In this document: piece by piece, positions 48,418-57,558 of the stretch
Position numbering within the stretch: position 1 is the first letter of the stretch
How the letters are laid out: the number at the start of each line of letters is the position of its first letter
Source of the DNA: Candidatus Dormiibacterota bacterium
GTDB taxonomy: Bacteria; Chloroflexota; Dormibacteria; Aeolococcales; Aeolococcaceae
Direction: 5' to 3'
DNA length: 64,000 nt
Assembly (NCBI GenBank): GCA_963718525.1
Contig: OY970355.1
Location: forward strand, 2,336,001-2,400,000
The notes under the pieces: generated by a model
Database searches by the model: none
What the model saw: the letters and a program-made list of their open reading frames with translations, nothing else
What the model was told of the DNA's origin: nothing
Translations under genes and position numbers: made by a program

Positions 48418-49643
48418 GAGCTTCCCCCCAGCTCGACTCGCGCGACCTCGACGACGCGGCGCAGCCCCGCTTCGACCACCGACGTCTCGGGGTGCCGCAG
48501 GATCACGTGCCCCTCACCTTCGTAGGTCCCCGATGATAACTGCCCCGCCTCGGGCAGCGCGGCCTCGACCACGAGGTCACCGAGCTCGCGTTGCAGGACA
48601 TCGAGTCCGTGGATGCCGACCACCGACCCGGTGCCCTGACCGCGAAGGTATGCCGCGCCGACGGCGTAGCGGCGCTCGGGTGGTGAGAAGTCGCCGAAGA
48701 TCTCCAGGCGCGCCCATGCCGCGTACATGTCCGTGTCGTGCGCATACGAGAGCAACGACGTGAATTGCGCGCCCGGCGGCCGCGCAGCCACCTCGCTGAT
48801 GGCGACGGCGCCGTCGGGGCGTCTGAACCACTCCATGTGGGTGAGGCCGGTCTGCAGCCCGAGCGCACGGAGGCCGCGCACGGCATCGAGGCGGATCGGG
48901 TCGTACTCCGCGCCGGAGATGTCGCGCGGCAGCAGGACCGCCCATTGGATCCAGGGGTTTTCGAGCACCTCGAGTGGGGTCGGCAGATAGCGAGAGATCG
49001 AATGCCAGACGAGCTCCCCGTCGATGAGCACGCTGTCGAAGCTGTGCTCGGCGCCGATTACCATCTGCTCGAGGAGCACCGGGTGGGCATCGCCTGGCGG
49101 GTCGACGTGCAGCCAGGCTTCGAGCTGCGAGTCGCCGTCGAGGCGGAACGTCGAACGTGCGCCGGCCCCGGCGGGCGGCTTGGCGACGAGCGGATATCCC
49201 AGCTCCGCAGCCGCAGCCCGAGCTTCGCCGGCGGAATGGACAAGCCGGTGTCGCGCGCAAGGCACCCCGTGTGCCTCGAACACCGTCTTCATGCGCGCCT
49301 TGTCGCGAAAGTTGCGTGCAACCGCGGCGCCCAGCCCTGGAATGCCCAGCGCGTCGCGGACCTCGCCGAGCGGCACCTGCAGCTGCTCGAGCATGCCGAG
49401 CAGGCGATCGACGCTGCCCAGGTGCCGCGCCATCACCCGGGTTGCATCGGCAATCTGCTGCGGGTCGGTGCCGTCCGCCACGCGATAGTGCCCGGCCAGC
49501 GCGGAGCGGATGTCATCCGGGAGGCGTTCCTCCGGATCCTGGCTGATCAGGCCGAGGCGGACATTCGGCAGCGATGCGGCTGCAGCGATGAACCGTGCTG
49601 TGGCCGGGAGCAGAAAAGGGGCAACGAAGACCGCATTCGCCAT
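48414..49643 (-). CDS. ATP-grasp ligase
   Basis: FRDKARMK, PLVAKPPAGAGA, HMEWF, EVAARPPG. Confidence 0.88.
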   Translation of the reverse strand: MANAVFVAPFLLPATARFIAAAASLPNVRLGLISQDPEERLPDDIRSALAGHYRVADGTDPQQIADATRVMARHLGSVDRLLGMLEQLQVPLGEVRDALGIPGLGAAVARNFRDKARMKTVFEAHGVPCARHRLVHSAGEARAAAAELGYPLVAKPPAGAGARSTFRLDGDSQLEAWLHVDPPGDAHPVLLEQMVIGAEHSFDSVLIDGELVWHSISRYLPTPLEVLENPWIQWAVLLPRDISGAEYDPIRLDAVRGLRALGLQTGLTHMEWFRRPDGAVAISEVAARPPGAQFTSLLSYAHDTDMYAAWARLEIFGDFSPPERRYAVGAAYLRGQGTGSVVGIHGLDVLQRELGDLVVEAALPEAGQLSSGTYEGEGHVILRHPETSVVEAGLRRVVEVARVELGGSS

Positions 49644-49708
49644 TCAGCTTTCGCGAGTTTAAACACGGGGCGAGGGCCGGGTCGCGACCCACCGGGTAGG
49701 ATCTGTGC

Positions 49709-50932
49709 GTGAACGTCATCTTCGTGGAGCCCGCCTTCCCGGCGAATCAGCGCGAGTTCGTCCGCGGTCTTGCGGAGGCCGGCGCCAACGTGATCGGGAT
49801 CGGCGAGCGACCACCCGACTGGCTCGATGACGACCTGCGCAGATGGATGCTGCATTACGAGCAGATCCCGAACGTCACGGACGTCGGCGCGCTCATCGAG
49901 GCCGTGCGGTTCGCGCAGGGCAAGGTGTGGGTCGATGCGCTCGAGTCGACGATCGAGTCGCACACGATGGCCGCGGCGTACGCGCGTGAGGCCTGCGGCA
50001 TCCCGGGGACCTCGGTGCGCACCGCGTACCTCTGCCGGGACAAGCCGGCGATGAAGGATGCACTGCGCACCGTCGGGATCCAGACAGCGCAGTCGACCGG
50101 GGCGACCAGCGCGGCCGAGGTGCGCGACTTCGTCGCGGCTGTCGGTTATCCGATCATCCTGAAGCCCCGCGCTGCGGCCGGGGCGTCCGGAACATCACGT
50201 GTCGACTCCGACGCGGAGCTCGATCGCGCACTGGCCGAGCTCGGTGCTTCCGGCGCGGCTGACATCGCCGTCGAGGAGTTCGTCGAAGGTCACGAGGGCT
50301 TCTACGACACGATCAGCATCGACGGCCGTCCGGCCTATGACTTCATGTCGCACTACTACCCGAACGTCCTGGAGGCGATGCGCGAACGCTGGATCAGCCC
50401 CCAGTTCATCTCGACCAACCGGATCAACTCCTCCGCGGATTACGCGGAGGTGCGCGAGCTCGGCCGGCGCGCCATCGAGGCGCTCGGGATCGGGACATCC
50501 GCAACCCACATGGAGTGGTTCTTCGGCCCCAAGGGACTTCGCTTCAGTGAGATCGGCTGCCGCCCGCCCGGCGTCCGCGCATGGGATCTGTACGCAGCCG
50601 GCAACGACATCGACATCTACAGGGAGTGGGCGAACACGATCGTGCACCACACGGTCGAGCGACCGCTGTCCCGGCGCCGCGCTGCCGGTATCGTCGCGCT
50701 GCGCCCTGACCGGGACGGCACGATCAGTCACTACGACGGCATCGAGGACGTGCAGCGCCAGTTCGGCGAGTGGATCCTCGACATGCACCTGCCCCCCTCA
50801 GGGACGCCGACCCAACCGGTGGAGGCGGGGTACATGGCCAACGCATGGATACGCATGGCTCATCCCGACTACGACACCGTGCACCGCATGCTCGACGTCG
50901 TAGGGGAGACGGTCCGCGTGCGCGCCTCGTGA
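49709..50932 (+). CDS. ATP-grasp ligase
   Basis: CRDKPAMK, PIILKPRAAAGA, VEEFVEGHE, HMEWF, EIGCRPPG. Confidence 0.88.
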   Translation: MNVIFVEPAFPANQREFVRGLAEAGANVIGIGERPPDWLDDDLRRWMLHYEQIPNVTDVGALIEAVRFAQGKVWVDALESTIESHTMAAAYAREACGIPGTSVRTAYLCRDKPAMKDALRTVGIQTAQSTGATSAAEVRDFVAAVGYPIILKPRAAAGASGTSRVDSDAELDRALAELGASGAADIAVEEFVEGHEGFYDTISIDGRPAYDFMSHYYPNVLEAMRERWISPQFISTNRINSSADYAEVRELGRRAIEALGIGTSATHMEWFFGPKGLRFSEIGCRPPGVRAWDLYAAGNDIDIYREWANTIVHHTVERPLSRRRAAGIVALRPDRDGTISHYDGIEDVQRQFGEWILDMHLPPSGTPTQPVEAGYMANAWIRMAHPDYDTVHRMLDVVGETVRVRAS

Positions 50933-51855
50933 GGCAGGTGACCCTGCTTGGACCGCTCGATGGGGTCGATCTGGCGGTGGAGGTGGCGGCGCTCGGCGTC
51001 GGCGGGCCGGTCGCGCTCATCACCGCAGGCTGGGAGGAGGGCGAGCGCAACGACGCTGAGATCGACAGGCGGTTGGGCGGCGGCTCTCGCAATCTCAACC
51101 TCTACGGGCGCCGGCTCGACGTGCTCGAAAGTGACCCCGGCTACGCCGACGCCGAGCGACTGATGCGGGCGCAGCTCGACGAGCTGCGCGAGCTCTACCT
51201 CCTGCGCCTGCGCCATGCGCTCGAAGGAGTCGACGTCGTCCGTCGGCGGTTCGCCGAGGCGCAGGGGCGCCCGGGCCCAGAGCTGGATGCCGCCATCGAG
51301 GCCGTGAGAACGCTGGACGAATCGCACGTGGCAGCGATCGGAGCGGCGTACGAGCGCTTCTACTCGCTCTATCCGCCGCACGAGCGAGCGAGCATCTCCA
51401 GACATCGGGTGGAGGTCGCCTCGATCGTTGCCGAGTGCGGCGCGATCGCCATCGCCGGAGGCCACGTGGGCGTGCTCAACGACTGCCTGCATCTCTGCAA
51501 CCTTGCGATGCTTATCGAGGATCGCCCCTTGATCGCGTGGTCCTCGGGCTGCATGGCGATCTCTGAGCGGATCCTTGTCATTGACGACGATGACCCCGCC
51601 GGGCGGCCCGACGAGGTGTATGACATCGGAATCGGTGTCGCTCGGGGCATGGTTGCGCTGCCGGCAGCTAACCGCCTCCACGCACATGATCCTGACCGCC
51701 TGGCGGTGCTCGCCCGGCGCTGCGCGCCTGGCATCTGCGTGATCCTCAACTCCGGCGACCGCATGGATCTGCACTCGGGGGTGGCCGCCGATCTCAGCTC
51801 GGTACGGGTGATCTCGGGCGATGGCCAGGTCGTTCGGGGGGCGGAAGCCGCCTGA
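50929..51855 (+). CDS. Class I glutamine-amidotransferase-fold hydrolase (peptidase S51/cyanophycinase-like)
   Basis: VALITAGWEE, IAIAGGHVGVL, nucleophile elbow IAWSSGCM resembling the G.SAG of S51. Confidence 0.65.
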   Translation: MRQVTLLGPLDGVDLAVEVAALGVGGPVALITAGWEEGERNDAEIDRRLGGGSRNLNLYGRRLDVLESDPGYADAERLMRAQLDELRELYLLRLRHALEGVDVVRRRFAEAQGRPGPELDAAIEAVRTLDESHVAAIGAAYERFYSLYPPHERASISRHRVEVASIVAECGAIAIAGGHVGVLNDCLHLCNLAMLIEDRPLIAWSSGCMAISERILVIDDDDPAGRPDEVYDIGIGVARGMVALPAANRLHAHDPDRLAVLARRCAPGICVILNSGDRMDLHSGVAADLSSVRVISGDGQVVRGAEAA

Positions 51856-51857
51856 CC

Positions 51858-53018
51858 GTGAGCCCCGGCCCCGCCCGCGATCAGCGGGCCCTCACCCGGC
51901 TGCGCAGCGAAGGCAGCTCGCCCGAGGCGATCGATCAGCTGCTGCGCGACCATCGGGTTCCGCTGGTCGAGGGGACGACCTGTACGTTTCTGTGGCGAGG
52001 GGACGCCGAGTGGGTCGGTGTCGAGCACCGGATGGCCGGAGTGGCGATGCCGCTGGCGCTTCGCCGCCTGAAGGACACGGACCTCTGGTACGCGAGCGTC
52101 GAGCTGCCCCGAGGGGCTCGCATCCAGTACCGCATCCTCGTGCGTCGCGGCGAGAACGTCGAGAGCATGAACGACCCCCTCAACCCTCGGGTGGTCGGCG
52201 ACGCCGTCGGGTCTCAGTCCGTTCTCGAGGCCGATGGGTACATCACCCCTGAATGGACCCACCCGGATCCCAGCGCGGTGGCCGGGGAGCTGGTCGATCT
52301 GCGGCTTCCCAGCAGGGCGCTGCGGCGTGAAGCGCACGTGACCCTGTACATCCCCTCGCGTATGCGCCGGGATCGAAAGATGCCGCTGCTCGTTGTGCAC
52401 GACGGAGGTGACTTCCTCAACTACTCGTCAATGGGGACTGTCCTGGATAACCTGATGCACCGGCGGCTCATGGCCGATTGCGTGGTCGCATTCACGCATC
52501 CGGGGGACCGGCTGCGCGAGTACGCCGCGAGTCCTGCGCACAGCCGGTTTCTCACGACTGAGCTCGTTCCGCATATCGAAGGATCACTCCGTCTTCGCGG
52601 CGATCCGCGGGGCCGCGCGCTCATGGGGGCGAGCTTCGGCGGGGTTGCCGCGCTGTCGGCGGCGGTTCGCGCGCCGGGATTCTACGGAGCGCTGCTCCTC
52701 GAATCTCCATCGCTGCGCTTCACCGAAGCCGCCCCCCCGGGCACCTTCGGCGACACCTTCGAGCCGGTGGTGCGCTTCGTGAACTCGGTGCGTGCGAGGC
52801 CGAAGCAGGTGACCGATCGCGTGTTCCTGACATTCGGTGCCTTCGAGCCACTTGCGGTTCCCGACCGGGCGATGGTGGAGGTGCTCCGGCGGATGTGCGC
52901 TGAATTGCGCGTCGTTGAAGGGCTCGACGGCCACAACTGGATCAACTGGCGTGACCGGCTGCTGGATGGCCTTGGGTGGCTGTTCCCCGGCGAAGCGCGC
53001 CTGATCTATCCGCCATGA
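51858..53018 (+). CDS. Alpha/beta-hydrolase esterase with N-terminal Ig/CBM48-like domain (enterochelin esterase-like)
   Basis: TFLWRG..LWYASVELP..YRI..DPLNP N-domain; VVHDG; GASFGG nucleophile; GHNW. Confidence 0.85.
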   Translation: MSPGPARDQRALTRLRSEGSSPEAIDQLLRDHRVPLVEGTTCTFLWRGDAEWVGVEHRMAGVAMPLALRRLKDTDLWYASVELPRGARIQYRILVRRGENVESMNDPLNPRVVGDAVGSQSVLEADGYITPEWTHPDPSAVAGELVDLRLPSRALRREAHVTLYIPSRMRRDRKMPLLVVHDGGDFLNYSSMGTVLDNLMHRRLMADCVVAFTHPGDRLREYAASPAHSRFLTTELVPHIEGSLRLRGDPRGRALMGASFGGVAALSAAVRAPGFYGALLLESPSLRFTEAAPPGTFGDTFEPVVRFVNSVRARPKQVTDRVFLTFGAFEPLAVPDRAMVEVLRRMCAELRVVEGLDGHNWINWRDRLLDGLGWLFPGEARLIYPP

Positions 53019-53055
53019 TGCGCTGGTCATCGTCGATGCGCGAAACTCTGCGGCC

Positions 53056-53781
53056 ATGAAGAGGCGAGAGCGCTGGTACTCGAACCGGGTGGAGAGCGAC
53101 GTGACGGTTGCCCGGTGGGGTCATTTCGGCAGGCCCGTGATCGTATTTCCCACCGCCGGCGGCGACGCCGAGGAAATCGAGCGCATGTGGCTCGTCAACT
53201 CGGTGGGCGCGTTCCTCGAAGCCGGACGAGCGAAGATCTACTCGTGCGACAGCGTCTCCGGGAGAGCGATGCTCCGCGAGGACGGTGATCCGCGCTACCG
53301 CGCCGCGGTCACGCGTGGCTTCATCGAATTCGTCCGCAACGAGTTGATCCCGATGATTCGCATGGACTGCGAAAGCCCGGACATCACCGTGATCACCGCC
53401 GGGGCGTCCATCGGCGCGTTCAACGCAGTGTCGTTGCTCTGCCATTACCCGGACGTCGTGACCGCGGCTGTGGGCATGAGCGGCACGTACGACATCTCGC
53501 GCTTCGTGGGCGACAACGCGGGCGACGACCTGTACTTCGCGACGCCGTCGTATTTCCTCCCCGACCTCAACGGCGAGCACCTCGCCCTGCTGCGCACACG
53601 CAACGCGATCCTCGCGTCGGGTGAGGGTCGATGGGAGAACATCGGCGAGTCGTGGCGCCTCGCCCACGTGCTCGGCAGCAAGGGGATTCCGAACCGCGTT
53701 GACCCGTGGGGTACCGACTACGACCACGACTGGTCGACATGGCGTCAGATGCTGCCGAAATATCTCGGCGAGCTGGTGTAG
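53056..53781 (+). CDS. Putative esterase (alpha/beta hydrolase)
   Basis: WGHFGRPVIVFPTAGG, GASIGA, MSGTYD, HDWSTWRQML. Confidence 0.85.
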   Translation: MKRRERWYSNRVESDVTVARWGHFGRPVIVFPTAGGDAEEIERMWLVNSVGAFLEAGRAKIYSCDSVSGRAMLREDGDPRYRAAVTRGFIEFVRNELIPMIRMDCESPDITVITAGASIGAFNAVSLLCHYPDVVTAAVGMSGTYDISRFVGDNAGDDLYFATPSYFLPDLNGEHLALLRTRNAILASGEGRWENIGESWRLAHVLGSKGIPNRVDPWGTDYDHDWSTWRQMLPKYLGELV

Positions 53782-53826
53782 TCGAGGCCGGCGCTGATGC
53801 CGGCGCCGTCGCGCACCTCTACTGAC

Positions 53827-54456
53827 TCAGGCAGGGGAGGGGACAGGTTCGTCTGGCTCGACGTCGCCGACCATGGCGTCGTCATCGTCGGCATATTCGT
53901 CGTCACGGCCACGCGCCACCAGCAGGAGCGTCGTGATGAGCAGAAATGCCGCCATCGAGAGGAACGGGACGGTGATGAATCCAAAGATGTTGATCACAGC
54001 GACGTTGCAGGGCACCGCGGTCCCACACACGGTCGGCTGCGGGATGTGCTCCAGCTGGTAGTGGTAGATGGCGAGGGCCGCACCGACTGACGCCAGCGCG
54101 ATGAAGTATCGCTTTGCAACATGGGTATCACCACGGAACGCGGCGATGCCGAGCAGCAACGAGAGCGGGTACATGCAGATTCGTTGGAACCAGCAGAACT
54201 CACACGGGTCGAGCTGCTCCCCGAACTGGAGGAAGAGGCTCCCGAATGTGGCGAGCACCGCGACGATCCATGCAAGATGCAGCGCAACGGGGCTGACGCC
54301 GTCTCGCAACCGCCCCCATCGCTCCCGTCCCGACGGCGAGGTCCGCGAGAGGCCGAAGCCGATGGCCGTCGCGAGGACGAGAGCGTCGGCAATCAGGGCG
54401 AGCACCGAATAGCCGGTGTTGACGACCTCGGCGGACGTGACCACTGCCAAGCTCAA
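53827..54456 (-). CDS. dsbB: Disulfide bond formation protein B (DsbB/BdbC)
   Basis: GSLFLQ..PCEFCWFQRICMYP, IYHY, second Cys pair, FGFITVPFLS. Confidence 0.9.
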   Translation of the reverse strand: MSLAVVTSAEVVNTGYSVLALIADALVLATAIGFGLSRTSPSGRERWGRLRDGVSPVALHLAWIVAVLATFGSLFLQFGEQLDPCEFCWFQRICMYPLSLLLGIAAFRGDTHVAKRYFIALASVGAALAIYHYQLEHIPQPTVCGTAVPCNVAVINIFGFITVPFLSMAAFLLITTLLLVARGRDDEYADDDDAMVGDVEPDEPVPSPA

Positions 54457-54469
54457 CGGTCGGATCCGG

Positions 54470-55435
54470 TTAGCCCGAGACGGGCTTGATCGTCTTGAGA
54501 CCCTGCTCGATGCTCTGGATCATGGTGGAGGAGCATACGGATGACGGCTGATCGCCGGTGGCGATGCACGTCGCTGCGGTGAGGATGTTCGCATTGCCGA
54601 TGATCGCCTGGGTGACCGGGTCACTCGCATTGGAGAGCTTTGCCGCAATCTGACTCCAGGTAAGGTTGGCCAGCAGCGCCGGGTTGTAGCTCGTGGTGTG
54701 CAGGCTGAACAAGCCGCCGATGTCGATGAACGGGTACTGGCCCGACTGCGTCGAGTATGGGGGTTGGTCGTACTTGGTGAAGATGTTCGAGATCTGCGTG
54801 GTCATCGTCTGCAGAGCGGCCTGGTTGCGGTCCTGCAACTCGTTCGAGCTGAAGTCGACGTAGGGGCTGGAGTACGACGACTTGTAGAACGTGAAGGTGT
54901 CGGTGTTCGGGTCGACGTCGGTCGATGAGGACTGGATCTCCGAGAGGTTCTTGAAGGTGCCGAAGCGTGAGAGCCACATCACCATCACCCAGCGCTCCGC
55001 GGCGCAGAACGGGCAGTACTCGGCTCCCACGAAAACCACCAGCGGCTTTCCGTCCGAGTTCACCAGCTTCGCGGAGGCCGGGAGCCGGACCAGCTGGCCG
55101 GATTGCGAGCCGGAGCCGACGGTGTTGACCACCGAGGCGCTCGGAGCCTCGACGGCCGTGAGGATCGCCTGCGGGACGGGAGTCGCCAGGGTTGCGTTGC
55201 TGCCTCCGGTCGCGTTGATGACCACGAGCACGATGAGGACGATTGCGACTACCGCGACGCTCGAGATGGTGACGACAGTCGGCGACTGCCACGGCGGACG
55301 CCGTTCGAGGGAAACAGACCTCGCTGCCGCCTGGCTGCGGCGCTGTTTCTTGGTCGCCGGCTTGGCGGGGTACTTCGCCGCGGTCACCGGCCGCTTGCCT
55401 GCCGGCTTGCGCGGGGTCGACTGATCCACGTCCAT
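54470..55435 (-). CDS. Membrane-anchored thioredoxin-fold protein (DUF929-like)
   Basis: Basic N-terminus and one TM; [28 protein letters not shown]; YPFIDIGG; start uncertain. Confidence 0.8.
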   Translation of the reverse strand: MDVDQSTPRKPAGKRPVTAAKYPAKPATKKQRRSQAAARSVSLERRPPWQSPTVVTISSVAVVAIVLIVLVVINATGGSNATLATPVPQAILTAVEAPSASVVNTVGSGSQSGQLVRLPASAKLVNSDGKPLVVFVGAEYCPFCAAERWVMVMWLSRFGTFKNLSEIQSSSTDVDPNTDTFTFYKSSYSSPYVDFSSNELQDRNQAALQTMTTQISNIFTKYDQPPYSTQSGQYPFIDIGGLFSLHTTSYNPALLANLTWSQIAAKLSNASDPVTQAIIGNANILTAATCIATGDQPSSVCSSTMIQSIEQGLKTIKPVSG

Positions 55436-55589
55436 CAGGGTACCGGACGAACCTTTCATCGGGATGTCTGGATCGCGAAGGAGCGATCGTCGCGGGTCCC
55501 GATGCACATGAAGATACGGTGACGAATCCCGCGATCTCGACATCCCTGACTATCCTCAGCGCGATGGTGGGTCTTCCCTCGGCGGTGGC

Positions 55590-57326
55590 GTGAGGTCTCG
55601 GAACGGCGTCAGCGCGACAGCTCTGGCGCTCATCGCGGCCGTGCCGTTCGCCCTGCTGCACACCGGCGCCGCAAGGGCGGCGACGACCCGGGAGGGGATC
55701 GACGTCAGCGCATACCAGGGGTCGATCGCCTGGCACTCGGTGGCGGCCGCCGGGATCTCGTTCGCGTATATCCGTGCGGCGGATGGCGCCGGTTCCCCGG
55801 ACGGGCAGTTCGCGATCAACTGGCGAGGAGCGTCCGCAGCGGGGGTGACCCCCGGGGCATATCTGTTCTACGAGCCGAATCAGAGCGCCGTCGCTCAAGC
55901 CGACCTCCTCATCTCCCAGCTGCGAGCGGTGGGGTTCACCCACGGAGACCTTGTCCCGACGATCGACGTCGAGACCACTGACGGCGAACCCCAGGCGGTG
56001 GTGGTCGCCAACCTCCGCATCATTGTCAACACGGTCAGCGCCGCGATCGGATCGCTGCCCGCCATCTACTGCTCGCCGGCGTGGTGGAGCGGGAACATCA
56101 GCTCGGCGGCCTTCACGCTTGACCCGCTCTGGGTGGCCAACTGGTTCGTGAGCCAGCCGTCGGTGCCCGAGAACAACTGGGGTGGCACCGGCTGGCAGGT
56201 GTGGCAGTACAGCGACGCGGGCAGCGTCCCCGGGATTGCGGGCAGCGTCGACCTCGACCAGGGCGGTGTCCGATCGCTGCCGTATTACGGCTTCCCGGAT
56301 CCTCTTGCGCTGCCGCAGGCGGCAAATGTTGCAGGCAACCCCCAGGCCGTGTCGGATCAGCCGGGGGACGTCAACGTGCTCTGGCGGGGGAGCAACAACC
56401 ACGTCTGGAGCCTCGCATTCCGCAACGGGACGTGGGGGTTGGGATCGACCGACATCAGCGCGGCTGGTGGGACGGCGGCGACGCTCGTCTCGGATCCATC
56501 GGTCGTCTCCTCCGGTCCCGGACAGATTGACGCGTTCTGGGAAGGGGAGGACCACAACCTCTGGTACTCGGCCTTTGCCGGGGGGTGGTTTGGCGACGGA
56601 ACCTGGTCGGCACCCGTGTCGCTCGGGGTCGGACCGCTCGGATCGCAACCCCGGGCCGTGTCGCCCGCCCGCGGCTTCGTCGACGTCTTCTGGAAGGGCT
56701 CCGACGGTGGCCTCTGGGTCGACCGTTACAACGTGGGCTGGAGCGGCGCCATGCCACTGAACACGGGGGCCATCGGCGGGAACCCGGTGGTCGCCAGCGC
56801 CGGCCAGGGATCGGAGACGGTCTTCTGGCGCGACGCGTTCGGTGACCTGTGGTCCGACACCGGCGCCGCGTCGGGGTGGTGGGGTGCCCAGCGCCTGACG
56901 TCCAGCCCGCTGTCGGCTGATCCGTCCGTGAGTGCATCGGGCACGACCATCGACGTCTTCTGGAACAGCGCGGGTGCGCTGTGGCACGGCTCGCTCAACG
57001 GTGCTGTGTGGAGCGGGGTCACCGCACTTGGCACCGAGACCGTCGCCGGCAATCCGTCGGTGGTCGACCTCGCCCCGGGGTCGGTGATCGTCAACTCGCG
57101 TGAGCCCTCGGGGCTCATGGCCTCGTCGCTGTACACGTCGGCGAGCGGCCTCGTGGGCCCGGAGGGGCTGGGGGCCACAGCATCCTCCGACCCGTCATCA
57201 GTCGTGTTCGCCGGTGGCGGCGCCATCGATGTCATCTGGCGATCCGCCACCAACACCCTGTGGGTTGCCCCGGCGTGCCCCGGGTGTGCGGCCCCGGCCA
57301 TTCCCGTCTTCAACCCGGGGGGCTGA
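55590..57326 (+). CDS. Secreted GH25 muramidase with C-terminal seven-repeat beta-propeller (lectin-like)
   Basis: Signal peptide; GIDVSAYQG, IDVE (DxE), LWVANW, WQYS, VDLD; seven (I/V)DVFWxGxDxxLW-type repeats. Confidence 0.88.
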   Translation: MRSRNGVSATALALIAAVPFALLHTGAARAATTREGIDVSAYQGSIAWHSVAAAGISFAYIRAADGAGSPDGQFAINWRGASAAGVTPGAYLFYEPNQSAVAQADLLISQLRAVGFTHGDLVPTIDVETTDGEPQAVVVANLRIIVNTVSAAIGSLPAIYCSPAWWSGNISSAAFTLDPLWVANWFVSQPSVPENNWGGTGWQVWQYSDAGSVPGIAGSVDLDQGGVRSLPYYGFPDPLALPQAANVAGNPQAVSDQPGDVNVLWRGSNNHVWSLAFRNGTWGLGSTDISAAGGTAATLVSDPSVVSSGPGQIDAFWEGEDHNLWYSAFAGGWFGDGTWSAPVSLGVGPLGSQPRAVSPARGFVDVFWKGSDGGLWVDRYNVGWSGAMPLNTGAIGGNPVVASAGQGSETVFWRDAFGDLWSDTGAASGWWGAQRLTSSPLSADPSVSASGTTIDVFWNSAGALWHGSLNGAVWSGVTALGTETVAGNPSVVDLAPGSVIVNSREPSGLMASSLYTSASGLVGPEGLGATASSDPSSVVFAGGGAIDVIWRSATNTLWVAPACPGCAAPAIPVFNPGG

Positions 57327-57384
57327 CGCCGGGATCCGGTCCGTCCAGAGGGAGGGAGCCGCATCCGCTTGGGCGCCTCTTAAA

Positions 57385-57412
57385 GCTCCTGATAATGCAT
57401 ATTCTCACGATC
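57385..57412. other. dif-like Xer recombination site (candidate)
   Basis: GCTCCTGATAA-TGCATA-TTCTCACGATC: 11-6-11 architecture, imperfect inverted arms, AT-rich, intergenic, near a Xer-type recombinase. Confidence 0.55.
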
Positions 57413-57558
57413 TAGAGCTGGCAGCCCACCTCAGGATCTGTGGAGACCTCTCTCCTCAGTGCGGTGATTCGTTGAAACCCGTGATGACTCGCACACGGCC
57501 CGGTAGCGCTGACGTGCGGGCGCCGTCGAGTCCAGGGAGGCGCGGCTAGGCTCGCGCC

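Noticed and set aside
14594-51855. Several proteins ending in -AA (possible ssrA-like degrons)
   Set aside because: Ala is very frequent in this proteome; enrichment cannot be shown without counting
44706-53781. Graspetide (RiPP) interpretation of the ATP-grasp cluster
   Set aside because: No short precursor ORF with a repeated core motif in or beside the cluster, and the intergenic gaps are too small
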